DNA from: an uncultured Acidobacteriota bacterium
GTDB lineage: Bacteria; Acidobacteriota; Vicinamibacteria; Vicinamibacterales; CAVVIG01
DNA: 64,000 nucleotides
Assembly (NCBI GenBank): GCA_963748265.1
Contig: CAVVIG010000001.1
Location: 329,959-393,958 of the forward strand
Direction: 5' to 3'
Positions 61,072 to 64,000 of this stretch are shown here, piece after piece. Each line of letters begins with the position of its first letter. Position 1 is the first letter of the stretch. The notes under the pieces are model-generated. The model saw only the letters and a list, made by a program, of their open reading frames with translations, did not search any database and was not told the DNA's origin. Position numbers and translations under genes: made by a program.

Positions 61072-62363
61072 GCGACACGCGCCTGCCCCGCAGCCGGTGC
61101 GATCGGTGGCCCGACGTGCCGCTGCGCGAGCGAGTCGAGGAATACCGCAGGGAGCATCCCGGCCCGCGCCGCGGCTGCAGCGAACTCGACCGGGTATCCC
61201 TTCAGAAGCAGCGGACGCAGGTGGACGCCGCGCAACCGCTCGGATCCGGGACGCTCATCGAGGACGCAGATCGGATCCGGCCCCATCGTCACCCGGATGC
61301 TTCGTGGACGCTCGCTGTCGATCAGCCGTTCGGCGCGCTCCAGCCCCTGCGCCAGGTCCACGTGCTGCGGCTCGGCCTCGGGCGGATCGACCCGTGCGCG
61401 CACGCTGCGCACGGCCTCCGCGCTTCCTGCGCCAGCGACGACGCCGCGCCAGTACCAGTAGTCCATCGCGCGTTCGAGCGCTTCGCGCCACTTGTCGCGC
61501 ATCGCGAGCCGCTCGAACACGGCCATGGACGCCACCAGCGATCGGGCCAGCTGCTCTCCGGTCCGCGACGCCGTGAGCGCGGACTCGTAGACGCGCGCCT
61601 GGAACCCGGTCGCGACGTTCGGCCGCCCGAGCGGCAGCGCGCGCAGCAGTGCCGGATGGCGCGCCACCAGCTGGATGTGGGCGATGCCCTCGTCGAACTT
61701 CCTCGCGAGAATCTTGCGCAGGTCGGTTCCGTCGCGATGCTGTCCGTCCGCCCCGGGTACGAAGCGAAGGTCCACGCCAGCTTCGATCGCGCGGTAGCCG
61801 AACTCGAAGTCCTCATGGCATCGCAGCGATTCGTCGAAACGCCCGAGCTCCTCGAACAGCTGGCGCGGCATCGAGCAGTGGCCGGTCAGCAGATCGCGGA
61901 ACGTGAAGCGGTGCCGGGGATCGTGCAACCGATCGCACATCGCCTCCCACCAGCCACACAGCGCCGCGCCGATGAATCCTCCCGCCGCAGGTGCGGGCGC
62001 CAGGTCACCCGCGCCGATCGTCGAGAGGTGGGTCGCGTGGAAATCGGCATGCGCCGCAAGAGCCTTCTCCCCCGGTACGACGTCGTCGTCGATGAAGAGC
62101 AGGATGTTTCCCCGCGCTTCCTGAGCGCCCCGGTTGCGCGCAACCGCAGGCCCGGCGGACTCCTGCGCCACAGGCACCACCGTAAACGGCCAGTCCCCCG
62201 CCAGCGCAGCCTGCAACGCAGGCGCCGGCACACCGTCCCCGACCACGACGACCTCGAAACGCGGGGGGTGCACCTGCGTCGCAAGCGCGTCGAGGAGCCG
62301 GCGGAGCGACTCGGGCCGTCCGCAGGTCGGCACAACAACAGAGAGTTGCGGCGGCGCGCTCAT
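61068..62363 (-). CDS. Glycosyltransferase family 2
   Basis: LSVVVPT, GPAVARNRGA, LFIDDD, GRFDESL...HEDFEFGYR. Confidence 0.9.
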   Translation of the reverse strand: MSAPPQLSVVVPTCGRPESLRRLLDALATQVHPPRFEVVVVGDGVPAPALQAALAGDWPFTVVPVAQESAGPAVARNRGAQEARGNILLFIDDDVVPGEKALAAHADFHATHLSTIGAGDLAPAPAAGGFIGAALCGWWEAMCDRLHDPRHRFTFRDLLTGHCSMPRQLFEELGRFDESLRCHEDFEFGYRAIEAGVDLRFVPGADGQHRDGTDLRKILARKFDEGIAHIQLVARHPALLRALPLGRPNVATGFQARVYESALTASRTGEQLARSLVASMAVFERLAMRDKWREALERAMDYWYWRGVVAGAGSAEAVRSVRARVDPPEAEPQHVDLAQGLERAERLIDSERPRSIRVTMGPDPICVLDERPGSERLRGVHLRPLLLKGYPVEFAAAAARAGMLPAVFLDSLAQRHVGPPIAPAAGQARVA

Positions 62364-63541
62364 GCGTGTGTCGTGGTCGAACGGCGCGAGGCCAGCCATG
62401 CTCGGGGTCCTGCGACGCACCCGCGCAACTCGGCCCGCCGGAGCGCGTCGCGGCCCTCCCCCGCACGCAGCCGCGACGGCCGCCGGAGGATCGGCAGATG
62501 GTCGTAGCGGAACCACTGCCAGGCAAGCCGCAGCACGCCGAACTCGCGGCGCTCGATCAGCAGGCCCGACCACATCGCATAGACGCCCGTGCCGTATCCG
62601 CGCACGACGTCCACGAGCTCCTCCTGCGTCCGCCGGTGCCGGTGCCAGCTCACGGCGCGAGGCTCGTAGATGATGCGATAGCCCGCGAGCAGGATGCGGG
62701 TGAACATCTCGTGGTCGCCACCAGACCGGGTCGCCGTACCCGCGTCGAGCCGTCCGTCGAAGGGTCCCACCAGCTCGATGGCGCGGCGCCGCAGGGCCAT
62801 GTTGGCCCCCGCGCCAACGCGCGACACCGCAAGCGGGTTGTCGATGCGGCCGTTGAAGACCCGCCGCCGGAACCCGCGCGCGAACGGGCAGTGTTCCTCG
62901 AACAGCTCCTGGGCGGGCGTCTCGAGCTCGCTGGGCAGCGTGAGCCCTGTCACGCACAGGACGCGCGGGTCGCCGAAGTTCTGGAGCAGGCCGTCAAGCC
63001 ATTCGGGCTCCGGCACCGCATCGTCGTCGGTGAACGCGACGACGTCGCCGCTTGCCTCCCTCATCGCACGGTTGCGCGCGTTGTTCAGGCCGCGTGCCGG
63101 CTCGACGACGTAGCGGACCCCGGGTACGCCGGCCACCACGTCGCGCGCCCGTGCTGTGGACGGTGCGTTGTCCACCACCAGAATCTCCAACGGACGTGGT
63201 TCCAGTGCGATGACGCCGGCCAGCGTGCGGACCAGATCCTCCGGCCGCTCGCGCGTGCAGATGGCCACCGTCGCGGTTGGACGCCGGGTTCCGGGAGGAT
63301 CGCGTTCGTCGAAGCCGAGTGCGCTCTCGGTCCAGGCATGGAGGGCATCAGGACCCAGCGCCTCGCGGGCGTGGCGCTCCACTTCCTCGGGCGCGAGCCG
63401 CCCACGATTGAGCGGCACGAACGAGCGACCGACGATGCGGCCGTGCCAGCGGAGAACGAGCATGCACCGGCGATAGCTGTCGAGGCCTTCGAACGCGGGC
63501 CAGGGCGCCGAAAGCTCGACCTGGCGGATGGCGGTGGCCAT
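62360..63541 (-). CDS. Glycosyltransferase family 2 with N-terminal extension
   Basis: VAICTRER, VVDNAPS, GLNNARN, AFTDDD, GAGANMA, GGDHEMF. Confidence 0.92.
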   Translation of the reverse strand: MATAIRQVELSAPWPAFEGLDSYRRCMLVLRWHGRIVGRSFVPLNRGRLAPEEVERHAREALGPDALHAWTESALGFDERDPPGTRRPTATVAICTRERPEDLVRTLAGVIALEPRPLEILVVDNAPSTARARDVVAGVPGVRYVVEPARGLNNARNRAMREASGDVVAFTDDDAVPEPEWLDGLLQNFGDPRVLCVTGLTLPSELETPAQELFEEHCPFARGFRRRVFNGRIDNPLAVSRVGAGANMALRRRAIELVGPFDGRLDAGTATRSGGDHEMFTRILLAGYRIIYEPRAVSWHRHRRTQEELVDVVRGYGTGVYAMWSGLLIERREFGVLRLAWQWFRYDHLPILRRPSRLRAGEGRDALRRAELRGCVAGPRAWLASRRSTTTHA

Positions 63542-64000
63542 CAGCGCACCTCGACGCGCCCCGCGTCGTCCCTCGCCGCGGGGCCTTCGCTGAAGCGCCC
63601 TGGCTCGACCTCCGCCGGCGGCAGGCCGCGCGCAACTCGGGTGAGCTTGCGTCCGAGGTGCGTCAGCACCAGGCCCCGGCACTCGCGAACGAGCAGCGCG
63701 ACTGCGGCCAGCTCGTGGCGGCTGAAGCTCCCCGATCGGGTCGTGGTCCGCAGTTGCTGGATGATTTGCTCGCCGTAGAAGCGACGCCAGGCGCGGAGGC
63801 CCGCGCGATACTGATCGCGATAACGGGCCGGCAGGTAACGCCGCTCGCGCCGCAGCACGGCGAGCGTGGCGCGCAGCATGCTCTGAACGTCGCGTGACAT
63901 GTTCGACTCGTGCTGCCGGTAGTGGACAGCCAGCCGGTCGTCGAACAGCACGCGTCCGCTTCGCGCCAGCGTGAGGTACACCGAGTAGTCGGCGGCCGGT
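63541..64000 (-). CDS. Glycosyltransferase family 2, C-terminal part (5' end outside window)
   Basis: ADYSVYLTLAR...VHYRQHESNMSRD; TGATG overlap with the next GT2. Confidence 0.75.
   Translation of the reverse strand, partial: PAADYSVYLTLARSGRVLFDDRLAVHYRQHESNMSRDVQSMLRATLAVLRRERRYLPARYRDQYRAGLRAWRRFYGEQIIQQLRTTTRSGSFSRHELAAVALLVRECRGLVLTHLGRKLTRVARGLPPAEVEPGRFSEGPAARDDAGRVEVR

Overview
GC-rich bacterial chromosomal window. Gene content (Hanks-type Ser/Thr kinases fused to beta-propeller or TPR domains, NHL-repeat proteins, tannase, ThuA, PQQ sugar dehydrogenase) suggests Acidobacteriota, probably Vicinamibacteria; this is an inference. Many genes are split by single indels, extremely so at about 34.1-37.8 kb, which looks like long-read consensus error. 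The left 37 kb is mixed metabolic and signalling genes: Tex, IorAB-like Mo enzyme, an atypical GuaB, a Moco-sulfurase-like enzyme, an archaeal-type ACT protein, an XRE cassette flanked by heptamer arrays, and hydrolase-murF-ddl. The right 26 kb is a surface-glycan locus (GT4, GT2, GT-C, Wzx, O-antigen-ligase-like, Wzm/Wzt). It contains a tightly coupled operon of two B12-dependent radical SAM enzymes, a SPASM/twitch radical SAM enzyme, three methyltransferases and an amidohydrolase, plus tauE-cysD-cysN. The best finding is absent from the ORF track: two short poly-cysteine leader peptides on the minus strand. MSQKAAVCCCACCCTG... precedes cysDN and is followed by an antiterminator/intrinsic terminator. 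MPEVIASNLSCCCPCCALACRCAC... precedes tauE and is followed by an anti-SD/SD switch. Together they suggest a paired cysteine-sensing ribosome-mediated attenuation system, one transcriptional and one translational. No rRNA, tRNA, CRISPR array or transposase was seen.
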